A stretch of DNA of 64,000 nucleotides from the NCBI GenBank assembly GCA_002269645.1, contig NIVC01000201.1, positions 558,001 through 622,000 on the forward strand, read 5' to 3'. Position numbers and translations under genes: made by a program. The stretch's first letter is position 1. Every line of letters begins with the position of its first letter. The stretch comes from Macrostomum lignano (Eukaryota). Shown here in pieces: positions 11,061 through 23,200 of the stretch. The notes below the pieces were generated by a model. It was not told where the DNA came from, ran no database searches, and saw nothing but the letters and a program-made list of their open reading frames with translations.

Positions 11061-11509
11061 TGACGTGGGCAATACGTTGCAGCGCTGATTCTCTCAGCTC
11101 TGTGTCCCTGGCCCGGACATCAGGGGGGGGGGGGTGAGGCTTATCTGTAAACTGGAGCCTGGTGTACATTTATCTGCAAGTCTGATCCGTCCACGCTGTC
11201 TCGCTGAGCGTTTCAGTCAGTAGACATTGTGCGCTCTAAATTAGGAAAATACGTATCTAGCAAGTCATAACTTGCTTCTTCTGCTTCTACTGCTTGCTTT
11301 TCTAGCAAAATGTTTACGGCAGTTAGTGAACTGCACTGCACTTGGGCTTGAGTTTGCGGCGTACACCGGCCCCAGACACAGACTTTTAGCTGGATTACGC
11401 CTCGCTGGAGGAAAATGAGTCACCCACAGGCTGCCGCTGCCAGTGTACGCGACTGAGTACTAGCAAGGCAGCAGCCCGAGCCATTGAGCAGTTCCTGAGC
11501 GATGAGTCA
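11061..11509. promoter_or_regulatory. Stress-response motif cluster upstream of gadd45 (ATF/CRE-like, FOXO, two AP-1)
   Basis: TGACGTGG at 11061-11068, TGTTTAC at 11311-11317, TGAGTCA at 11416-11422 and ATGAGTCAT at 11502-11510. These are motif matches only. Confidence 0.4.
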
Positions 11510-12869
11510 TCACTAGCTCTAAATAGTGCAGGCAAGGTCGCAGGGAAAGAGGAATGTCTACGTGCACGCGGATATCAGGCATGCCAGATCCGTTTGAGGT
11601 CAAATATTTTGGCCAATTTGTGCTTTAAGCAGCACCCTTCCCCTGTTCTTAGCGCTTTTTTCTGTCTTTCTCGCGCCACGCTCAATTTCCTGAACGAACA
11701 CAAGCGCACCACTCGATGCTTAATGCTCGTAGCCGAAAGTTCACATTTCTGGTTTAATAAACAAGCAGCATTGTTTTTGTTATTCCGCTGTTTTATGTTT
11801 TTCATTATTATTCAATGTGGCTACCTTTTGAAGATTGGCCCCTTGACTATAGTTAAGATATTAAGGATGTTTAAGAGAGTTTAAAAGTGTTTAAATGTCG
11901 TTTAACAATGTCCCCGATGTTGTTCGGATTTTAACAACTTGATGACTTAACTCGAGTGAGCTTTGATGGAACTTATCAAGTGTACCCTATGTCACAACAA
12001 AATTAAACTAATCATCTGAGTTTCACACGGGACTCAATAGAGGACATAACAGTTCTCAATGCCCTCATTCCGATTGAAAGCCACTAGGCTGACCCACCCG
12101 GATATGAGTCCATCTGCATCCGCGTTTGAGTGAACTTTTTGGGGCTTCATATCGAGTGGACATAGCAGGCGCCACTGTTGCTCATACAAAGCGGTCAAAT
12201 ATTTACCTAAGAAGGTTCGTGTACTGAGCTGAGCACGGTACGAGCCCAAGTATACTCAAAGTCCTTGGCTGATCCCAGCTTCCGTACAAGCAGGATATTC
12301 GAGTTCTGACGGACTTCCATTGTATTGACTTTTAAAATTGATCTGCTGAATGGCACTCCGAACTCAAGTTGCTGCTTCCTTTTCCACAAATAATTTTACA
12401 ATCATATAAAAGCGTGAGCAGGACCGCAGAAACTTGCAGAATTCAATCGGGCCCTGGGAAAATAACAACAAGAGCGAGCGAGCGTAACAGTGTAGACAAA
12501 AGCGGTGTAAACCCGACTCCGTCACTGACTTCTAAATTAGGCAATATGCGCGTAAAATTTTACTTTTGCTCGATTCCATATATGGAAGTGGACAGCTGAT
12601 GCTAAAAATAGCATTGAAAACAAAACAAGTCTCGAGATATCTGACGCCGCTAACTACATTCTAAGCATGGCGAGAACTTCGCTTCGCTTTACTTTATTTT
12701 CGACCGAAAGTAGACGAAATATGTCTGAGTTTTCACAGCATTGAGAAATGCGACTTCATTTTAAATTGATACGAATTTTCAATGTCAGAAATTAGGTAGG
12801 CTCTGGGATAAAATTATGTTTTAGGCAGTTTTGATTATAGGAAACGTTAGCTCAACAACATTATGGTAG

Positions 12870-13678
12870 ACAGGGGTTATTGGCGTCACTCAATCAACGG
12901 ACAGGGATTATTGACGTCACTCCATCAAATGACCTTGGGTTTAGTGACGTCACTCCATCAAATGACCTTGGGTTTAGTGACGCCACTCCATCAAATGACA
13001 TTGGGTTTAGTGATGCCACTCCATCAAATGACCTGGGTTTAGTGACGCTACTCCATCAAATGACCTGGGTTTAGTGACGCCACTCCATCAAATGACCTGG
13101 GTTTAGTGACGCCACTCCATCAAATGACCTGGGTTTAGTGATGCCACTCCATCAAATGACCTGGGTTTAGTGATGCCATTCCATCAAATGACCTGGGTTT
13201 AGTGATGCCATTCCACCAAATGACCTGGGTTTAGTGATGCCACTCCATCAAATGACCTGGGTTTAGTGATGCCATTCCATCAAATGACCTGGGTTTAGTG
13301 ATGCCATTCCACCAAATGACCTGGGTTTAGTGATGCCATTCTGTCAAATGACCTTGGGTTTAGTGACGCCACTCCATAAAATGACCTTGGTTTAGTGACG
13401 CCACTCCATCAAATGACCTTGGGTTTAGTGATGCCACTCCATCAAATGACCTCGATTTAGTGACGCCACTCCATCAAATGACCTTGGTTTAGTGATGCCA
13501 CTCCATCAAATGACCTGGGTTTAGTGACGCCACTCCATCAGATGACCTTGGTTTAGTGACGCCACTCCATCAAATGACCTTGGGTTTAGTGATGCCACTC
13601 CATCAAATGACCTCGATTTAGTGACGCCACTCCATCAAATGACCTTGGTTTAGTGACGCCACTCCATCAAATGACCCC
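12870..13678 (+). repeat. 32-33-bp minisatellite (GGGTTTAGTGACGCCACTCCATCAAATGACCT), about 24 copies
   Basis: Direct periodicity. The earliest units grade from a GGACAGGGG-type variant. Confidence 0.97.
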
Positions 13679-14224
13679 TTGGTGTAACCTCTTGAAAGAA
13701 CACAATAATGCAATGTACACAGAAACTTTAACATGCATCATTCTACCGAGAACAAACTATCTGAGACTGATTGATCTGTATAAAATGCAGAGTGTATTTA
13801 AAAAATATTGTTGCCTCGCTCCTTTGTTTTGCTAATAATTGTAACACATTATAAGTAGCTAAAATAGTGTAGCTCGAATTTGATACTTACTCGTAAAAAG
13901 TCCGGTTATTAAAACCATTGACGACTGTGATTTGCGCTTGTACATGTAATGCCAGAAGTGATCAAGTTACTTTGAGTACTATAGAAAAGTGCAGAAAAGG
14001 TGCAAGAAAAAGTGCAGCGATAGATTCTTCAATTATACAAGATAAAAAAGAGACATCCAGGAAACAAGAAATACTGTCTGTTTCTTTCGTGACTAGCAGA
14101 AGTTGCATACAAATTCGTTATCATAAAGAAGTTAAAAATTGTTGCGAATCAACAGAGGACAGACTCTGATTTGTGAATTCGAGCTGTCCTGTTCAAATTG
14201 GAGCTGATGGTCGGCTGCTTTGCT

Positions 14225-17200
14225 TCAAGCGGCCTCCTGGTCCTGCAGCGGCTCCTTGTGGCAGTAGGCGTTCTTCCAGATCTCCGAAAGACAGACGGTG
14301 GAGTGAAACCGGAAGAAGATGATCATGGGCAGGGTGGTGTACTTGATTATTTTCCAGCCCTTGGCGCCGAAATAATTCTCGTAGAAGTTGACGGAGATTC
14401 GCCGCTTGGATTCGAAAATGGCGGCCACCCACATGGCGAGGTTGGCGACCAGCAGCGCGATGATGATGCCCCTGGCCGGCTTCCGGCCCTGCAGGTAGAG
14501 CCGGCGGCTCAGCTTCCGGCGAGAGAACTGCGCGATGAGGAAGGTCTGGGAAAGCGCCTGGGCGCCGTCCAGCAGCGATTTGAGGCCGTTGAGCTTCGTG
14601 ACGACCCCGCTGCGGCCAGTGCCGAACAGGCAGTGGTCCGAGCCCTGCTGGGCCGTGTGCTCGTCCATCAGGCAGGAGGCGGAGGACACGACGACAAAGA
14701 GGTTGTAGCAGAGCAGGCCGGACAGGCCCACGAGCAGCAGCTTGCCGTCCAGGTCTTCCCGGCCCCTGGTTTTGTCTACTGACAGGCTGCTGAGTGATCT
14801 GCGGATTGGAGAAGCGGAAGTGGAGGATTACCTAAAGCGGGTCGCTTTCACAAGATCAAGATTTCATAAGCTCGGTATCGACGAATTCTTTCAAGTTTTG
14901 AGCTTGCGGAAGTAACAAACAAGAGTTCTGGACGGTATGAAGTTTCGAGCTTATGAAACTCCTCTCTCAATAAAACTCACTGCTTACCTACTTATTTCTC
15001 TTATAACAGTAGGATGTCTAGAGCGTCTCAGACTGAATTCTAAGTGTCAACATTACGAGATATTATTGTCTGCGCGCTTCTGCCGTTGAGCGGAATGGGC
15101 GTCCGCGCCTTCCCGCTGTGTCCCCTCCGGCACAGCCCTGCAGCGCTTCTGCAGTAGTGGCTTGGGGTTTCTCTCGCGAAATAAAGACCTGGCGCAAGGT
15201 GCCACTCCATCAAAGTTCGTTCGTTATTGAAAGTGTCTGGACTAAAAAAACTTTTCTTTGTTCATTAGTTCGCCCCACTAGTGCGAGCCTCCTACTCCCA
15301 AGGCACTCCCCAAGGCCTTGTTTTTACTCAAACCTGCAGGCGCCAGCACAGCAGAGTGCAGCGGTGATGAGCAGCACGGAGCACTCGGCCGCCAGCACGG
15401 CGATGGTGTAGGCGTCCCGCCTGTCCTTGTCGGGCTTCGGCAGCAGCACCAGCGTGGCCAGCGGTACCACGATCAGGATGACGATGAGCAGGCCAAAGAA
15501 CAGGCCCTTGTGCGACTTGTGACACGTGGTGAACATCTTGAAGGATCGGACGGCCTGCGGCTGGCGTCGGTGCAGGCTCAACCGATTTGAGCAGGGGGCG
15601 CCAACTTTGCGGAAGAGTTTAAAGCAGACGGCGGCTGAGATGAGGCCGTATTCTACCGCGCACGGATACAGGAAGGGGCTGAGCGCGTGCGAAGAGCCGG
15701 CGTAGGCGGCCAGGGTGAGGGCGCACTCTGTGGAGAGGACATTGTCCGAACAAGCATCTTATTTCTCTGATTCCCATTGAGATCCATTCTCTCTCCTCTC
15801 TCCTCCCCGAGGCTCTCTTCTCGTTGCGAGTGACCTCAGATAGAGAAATTACTGCCGACTAGAGATACGAGTATCTTTCCACCCAGCCTGTTTGCTGTGC
15901 TGTGCAAGCAATAGCAAGACTCAGTCATCTTTAGTTTCACCTTTTTGCTGGCTCAATAACTTGCATTACTCGTTAAACACCCTTCCCCAGAATAAGTCAA
16001 CGCTTTGTCTATAGAAAACACTTTACTGATAATTATGAAGTCTCATATTAAATGAATAATTAAGAAGTCTTATCCTCTGCAGCACCTGTCTGCGACGAAG
16101 AACGCAGGACTGACCGGTTCTGCCAGTCGCGACCATCTCCGCCGACGGAGCCGTTGCCAGCAGCAACCGCATCAGGCTGCTGCGTCACGCTGAGAGCCAT
16201 CTTCACCTCGTAGATGACCGCTTTCATCCAGATGCACAGGTTGGTGACAACCAGGTGGGCCAGAGCGAAGCGCACAGCGCTGGTGTACACTGTCACGACA
16301 ACCTGCGAATTTTGGGGTGAATAAAAGTTCAGAGAGGTATAACATTGTTCCACCAGTACAAGCACAGGGGATTTTGTCACGTCATCAAAGGACAGGTAAC
16401 GTGACGTGACGTGACGGGTTAGTGACGTCACTCCATCAAAGGACAGGGGGTTAGTGATATCACTCCATCAAAGGACAGGGGGCTAGTGACGTCACTTGCA
16501 CAAGTGTTGCAGAAGTTTTTCATCAGCACTTAAAAATCAACGTTTGTACGTTTAAGTAATATGCGACGATTTGCATGAACAATTTAGCAAATCAACCACA
16601 ATACCACCATATCCAAATTTCACCAGCGCATCACCCCGGCTTCTCAAATTAGCCTCCAATCAAGGACAACTTCATAATAGATGCCCAATGCAGCCAGGTA
16701 GGCTTAAGTCGTCCTTGCCTCCCACCAGCTACTCACCCGATGATTCTTAAACAGATGAAACGTCTGCAGCAGGATGAACAGCAGGTGCACCAGCAGCTGC
16801 AGCTGCCACATCACACTGCGACAGTCGGCGCTGCTCGGCTGTTCAACCGTGTCCGCCAGCTTGAAGGCATCGTGGATCATCACGCCGAAGCCGAAGACTG
16901 CGAGGTGCGGAGGAGATAAGGACAAAGCGAGGAAATTTCAACGTTTTGATTTGGCAGTGCGGGTCAGTCAAAGGAGATCGAATGACTGCCCCAGAACGAG
17001 CATACATGTACTTGATTTACCAGGCACGGCCCAGCCTGCTTCTTCAGCCGTGAATGCACAGCCTTTACTCGAAACAGGCTCGCCTACCTCGGCCCCAACC
17101 TGGATCTCTCTGACGCTTTCAGGCCTAAGGGCTACCGTGCGAGCGACCATTCACGACTGGACCTACCGGACCGCAACAAACGCTGCTCTTGATCGCTAGG

Positions 17201-20200
17201 GGTTGGCAGAATGGGCAGCGTGACACCTCCCAAGCTGCACCCGAACGAACCAGAGCCCCCTGCTGCAAAAGCATAGCCACATCGATAGCCCGTCTACTCT
17301 GCCGGTCCTTGAGGTATTTAATACTTGAGATTTCTTAGAAATTGAGACTTCGGTCGAAAGACTGCATCACTAGCTAGCTCAGGACACTCACTGATTGCCC
17401 CCAGCCGCAGGTAAAGGTTTATGCCTTCCACCGACACCCAGACGGCAGGCTGCGGTTCGTAGCCACCGCCAGTCGCCTCCGCCGCCTCCGCCGCCACCGC
17501 CGCCGGCTGACCAGTGGCGACGGCGTCAAAGCGAAGCGGCTTCAATTTCTGTTCCCTCCGCAGTCGGCCGTCACTGTTGTTACTGCTGCTGCCAGCTGCT
17601 GCTGCAAGGAAAGACGGGTGTCGCTTATCTTACTGCTTTCAGTAGGAAATTCTGTATGTCATTCTTAGACTCGCATTAGATAGTAACTTTTATACTTTTT
17701 TCAATATAGAAACACGATTTCTTCCATGTTGATATAACAATGATAATTAATTACACCTGCCCTACTGGCCAGATGTGCAACCGACAGCTCAGCCGCAGCT
17801 ATTGCGCGGCGCATCTGAAGGCTGCGTACGGCTGTTCAGTTCAAGGACTGGGGGGTGGGGGGGTCGCCACACACACCCTCAATTACCCCAGCTAATGCTG
17901 GTGCCCATTTTACAGATGGGTGAACTGAAGCAATGCAGAGTTAAGCGTCTTGCTCAAGGACACAAATTGTTCCGAGTGGGGTCGAGAATCGAACCTCCGA
18001 CCTTTCAGTCATTAGTCCGACGCTCTGACCACTAGGCTACAACCCCCTATATTGCTGTATATCCATATTGAATGCATATCAAATACTCTTTTTTGTTATA
18101 AACATGGCAGTTTCACTGCTCGACCGATTTCATTTCAAAAAAGATTTTGCACCGATTGTCTGAATCCTAACAATTCAGAATGGCACAGTTTAAATTTTGT
18201 TGAATTTACAAACTTTTAGAGCTGTGCGCACCCTGCTGAGACCTGCAGTGGTGGTTGCCCTGCCGAGGCCCCAGGGCTGCCAGGGGCATAGCCTCCTCCC
18301 CGTCTGGCACGGGCAGATGCGCCGTCAGCGCCACGCGAGCCTCCGCGTCTCCCTCTTCACTGCTACCGCTGCTGCCGCTGCAACCGTCGGCCTTCTGGAG
18401 CGTCGCGTCGGTGTTCAACGCGCGGCGCGGCTCCTTGAACCGGTAGATCACCAGGCTGATGAAGGCCAAGAAGACCAAGCCGGCGAAATGCATGTACAGG
18501 TAGAAAATCTGTGGGGTGCAATGGGGGCGCAACTGGGATATTTGTGCTCGGTTCACAGGTGCCAAGGGCTGTGGCTTTCGCTCCTGTCTCTTGGTGGGCG
18601 CCCCTGTCTCTTGGTGGGCGCCCCTGTCTCTTGGCGGGCGTCCCTGTCTCTGGTTGGGCACCTCTGTCTCTTGGTGGGCACCTCTGTCTCTTGGTGGGCA
18701 CCTCTGTCTCTTGGTGGGCGCCCCTGTCTCTTGGTGGGCACCTCTGTCTCTTGGTGGGCGCCCCTGTCTCTTGGTGGGCACCTCTGTCTCTTGGTGGATA
18801 CCCCTGTCTCTTGGTGGTCGCCCCTGTCTCTGCGTTGGCGCCCTTGTCTCTTGGTGGGCGCCCTTGTCTCTTGGTGGGCACCCCTGTCTCTTGGTGGATA
18901 CCCCTGTCTCTTGGTGGGCACCTCTGTCTCTTGGTGGGCGCCCCTGTCTCTTGGTGGGCGCCCCTGTCTCTTGATCGGCACCCCTGTCTCTGGGTGGCAC
19001 CTCTGTCTCTTGGTGGGCACCTCTGTCTCTTGGTGGGCGCCCCTGTCTCGTGGTGAGCGACGAGGACGCGAGTAGACCCACCGTCTCCGTGCCTTCGGGT
19101 TCAAGCTTAAAGAACTGAAATCCGCTATTTTAATGATTTGCCTACTAATAGTAGTTGTGAGATCCTGCGCACGTGACTAAAAATAAGATTCGAACTAATC
19201 GCGATGCCGAATTCTTCTCCGTCAGCTGGTCTAACAACCCCCGAGGCAGCAGCCCCAAAAATCAATTTTTAAGTCGCTACTATTTAGCAGCAGTGAGGCA
19301 GTCAAGCTACTAATAGTAGGTCAATTTTTGCAGATTTTCAGTTCTCAATCAAAACAAACCCCATCCTTCGCCAAGTAACGAAATGTCAATTGTCAAAGTG
19401 AAACCGGTTTTTGCTGCGGGAAGCCAGTGAGTGCACTGTGTGCGACTGAATCCGATTTCCGCTTTACTTTGTAATTTTAGCAGAAGCAGGAAAAAATTTC
19501 CGGATTATCAAAAATGTTGAAGAGAAGAAAGTTTGACTAACTAGACTAACCAGGTGGGAACAACCGTCTCAGCGATGCTCTGATAATCCATAAAAGTCCG
19601 CGATATGAGCAAATAAAACCCGAGGCTAATCCAGAGAGCTGCTCTGCTGTTCCGTGCCCGACTCAGGTCTCCAGCCCTCCCGGCGCTGTCCCATCTCACA
19701 ACGACGCTAATAAGTACACACTCGATGCCCCTCGAGCCCAGAGAGATTCGCTCACCTTCCCACTTGGGTGTCATTACCTCCGCTCGAGTCCTATCTTACA
19801 TCTCCCATCTTAGAGGAATCTGCCCCGATGTTTCCCTGGCCTGGCCACTCATCAAGTTCTCATCCTGCTCCCGCTGCAACTCAGACTTCGAGCTCCGGTC
19901 TTGCGCTGCCTCGAATTCGGAGACTGTTTTTGCACTGTTGTGAGCAACTGTTGCGGAACCGCAGTTGAGTATCTGTGAGATGGAGGATGAAGAGAGTTCC
20001 AGTTCGGAAGTGGGGGATGCAGAGAGTTCCAATTCGGAAGTGGATGATGAAGAGAGTTCCAGTTCGGAAGTGGGGGATGAAGAGAGTTCCAGTTTGGAAT
20101 TGGGGGATGAAGAGAGTTCCAGTTCGGAATTGGGGGATGAAGAGAGTTCCAGTTCGGAAGTGGGGGATGAAGAGAGTTCCAGTTCGGAAGTGGGGGATGA

Positions 20201-23200
20201 AGAGAGTTCCAGTTTGGAAGTGGATGATGAAGAGAGTTCCAGTTCGGAAGTGGGGGATGAAGAGAGTTCCAGTTCGGAAGTGGGTGTTGCAGAGAGTTCC
20301 AATTCGGAAGTGGGGGATGAAGAGAGTTCCAGTTCGGAAGTGGGTGTTGCAGAGAGTTCCAATTCGGAAGTGGATGATGAAGAGAGTTCCAGTTTGGAAG
20401 TGGATGATGAAGAGAGTTCCAGTTCGGAAGTGGGGGATGAAGAGAGTTCCAGTTCGGAAGTGGGGGATGAAGAGAGTTCCAGTTTGGAAGTGGAGGATTC
20501 GGCAACACATTCAGGAAACGTTCGGGAAACATAGGATGAGGAGAGTTCCGATTGGGAAGTTGGAAAGAAAAGAGAGTTCCAGATGGGAAGTGAAGTCAAA
20601 TTATAATTGCAAGGAAATCCACCCAAAATCATGAAAAAATTGAAGTCTAATATGTATATACATACATACTAGTACATAGAAAATTTGAGATTTATTTATA
20701 TAGATTTCTAATCAATTTTCGACAATAATGTTTGGGCAAAAAAGTTCTGAGGAAGAGAGGATTGAGTAGAGGAGAGAGGCGAACGCGCGAGTGAGTGATC
20801 TGGAAGCGCATCGTTACGAAAAATATCAGCAATAGAAAAACGAAAAAAAGAGCACATCGAGCACAGAAATTGCTCTGTCCTGTGAAAGACATCTGAGCAG
20901 CTTCAGATTTACTACAGTATTCAGCTTCTGCTCTGGAACTGGAATGCCAGGGACACCTAGAGAGACAGAATCTGGAATGGAATGCCAGGGACTCCTAGAG
21001 AGACAGAGCATCTGGAACGGAATACCAGGGACTCCTAGAGAGACAGAGCATCTGGAACGGAATACCAGGGACTCCTAGAGAGACAGAGCATCTGGAACAG
21101 AATACCAGGGACTCCTAGAGAGACAGAGCATCTGGAACAGAATGCCAGGGACTCCTAGAGAGACAGAGCATCTGGAACGGAATACCAGGGACTCCTAGAG
21201 AGACAGAGCATCTGGAACAGAATGCCAGGGACTCCTAGAGAGACAGAGCATCTGGAACAGAATGCCAGGGACTCCTAGAGAGACAGAGCATCTGGAACGG
21301 AATACCAGGGACTCCTAGAGAGACAGAGCATCTGGAACAGAATACCAGGGACTCCTAGAGAGACAGAGCATCTGGAACAGAATACCAGGGACTCCTAGAG
21401 AGACAGAGCATCTGGAACGGAATACCAGGGACTCCTAGAGACAGAGCATCTGGAACAAAATGCCAGGGACTCCTAGAGAGACAGAGCATCTGGAACGGAA
21501 TACCAGGGACTCCTAGAGACAGAGAATCTGGAACGGAATGCCAGGGACTCCTAGAGACAGAGAATCTGGAACGGGATACCAGGGACTCCTAGAGACAGAG
21601 CATCTGGAACGGACTGCCAGGGACTCCTAGAGAGACAGAGCATCTGGAACGGAATACCAGGGACTCCTAGAGACAGAGCATCTGGAACGGAATGCCAGGG
21701 ACTCCTAGAGAGACAGAGCATCTGGAACGGAATGCCAGGGACTCCTAGAGAGACAGAGCATCTGGAACGGAATGCCAGGGACTCCTAGAGAGACAGTCTA
21801 GAACAGAATACCAGGGACTCCTATAGATACAAAGCATCTGGAATGGAATTAAAGGGCTAATTAGATAAGAATACTGTTATTTCCAGGAGTTGGAAAAGCA
21901 GAAAAGCTTGAAATCAGCAGGAGAAAAAAGAGCACATCGAGCACAGAAATTGCTCTCTCCTGGGAGAAACATTTGAGCAGCTGCAGATTCGCTATATGAT
22001 TATTCGAGTTGCCGGGAGTAAAATCCCCCGTTCTGCTTCTGTCCCAGCCAGGGCAAGGGGCATATCGATCCTTTTCAGAACCAGAAAAAGTCTGGGCCTG
22101 GTCGATTAAGAGACTTCAGGTCTTCCCTGCCGCTGTGAGCTCCTGCCGGACCCAATTCTCGTCTCGGTAATGTTGGCCATCCTTTTCGCTGCAATATTAA
22201 GTACTAGTGCAGTAGTAGCGCGGGGCTTAAGGCAGGACTGAGTTCCATTAAATTCCGAGCTGAGTAATTAAAAGGATTACATGTAATTACTACTTGAGCA
22301 GATCTTTGTAGATCAGGGAGTGAGTAGTGGCATCAGGGAGGGAGTAGTGGCATCAGGGAGGGAGTGGTGGCATCAGGGAGGGAGTAGTGGCATCAGGGAG
22401 GGAGTAGTGGCATCAGGGAGGGAGTAGTGGCATCAGGGAGGGAGTAGTGGCATCAGGGAGGGAGTAGTGGCATCAGGGAGGCAGTAGTGGCATCAGGGAG
22501 GGAGTAGTGGCATCAGGGAGGGAGTAGTGGCATCAGGGAGGGAGTAGTGGCATCAGGGAGGGAGTAGTGGCATCAGGGAGGGAGTAGTGGCATCAGGGAG
22601 GCAGTAGTGGCATCAGGGAGGGAGTAGTGGCATCAGGGAGGCAGTAGTGGCATCAGGGAGGGAGTGGTGGCATCAGGGAGGCAGTAGTGGCATCATGGAG
22701 GGGGAGCTCTAGTCCATCTACAGGACACAATCCATGAAAGAGAGTCGCTTCGATTTCAGCTCAATGTCATTTGCAATCAGTTCACCAGCCCAGTTGTCAG
22801 CCCCCATTGCTCTCCTACGAGTAATCGGATTCGAGAGTCAGCCCAGCAGAGCAGACACTGGATAAGAGCGAGTCAACGTCAACGATCACAGTCAACTTAA
22901 ATTAACTCAATCAACTCCAGCTGTTTAGGGAAACAGCTTTGAGTCCAGCTGATTCGGTTAAAAACGTGATAAATCCAATGAATAATCCTAGGGTTAGATT
23001 GCGAGTACACGTGCAAAAGTACCCGTACACCTCAGGGGAAAGCCAGTACAGGGACAGCTAGAGAAACAGGGAATCGGGATGCCAAGGACTCCTAGACAAA
23101 CAAAGAATCTGGAACGGGATGACAAGGACTCCTAGAGAGACAGAGCATCTGGAACGGAATACCAGGGACTCCTAGAGAGACAGAGCATCTGGAACAGAAT

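Noticed and set aside
12034-12389. Two overlapping minus-strand ORFs that could be one frameshifted exon
   Set aside because: Protein-like composition but no family recognised and no consistent splice sites; cannot be supported without a search.
17975-18047. Possible tRNA gene
   Set aside because: It has A and B boxes but no complete acceptor stem and continues directly into a CORE domain, so it is a SINE head.
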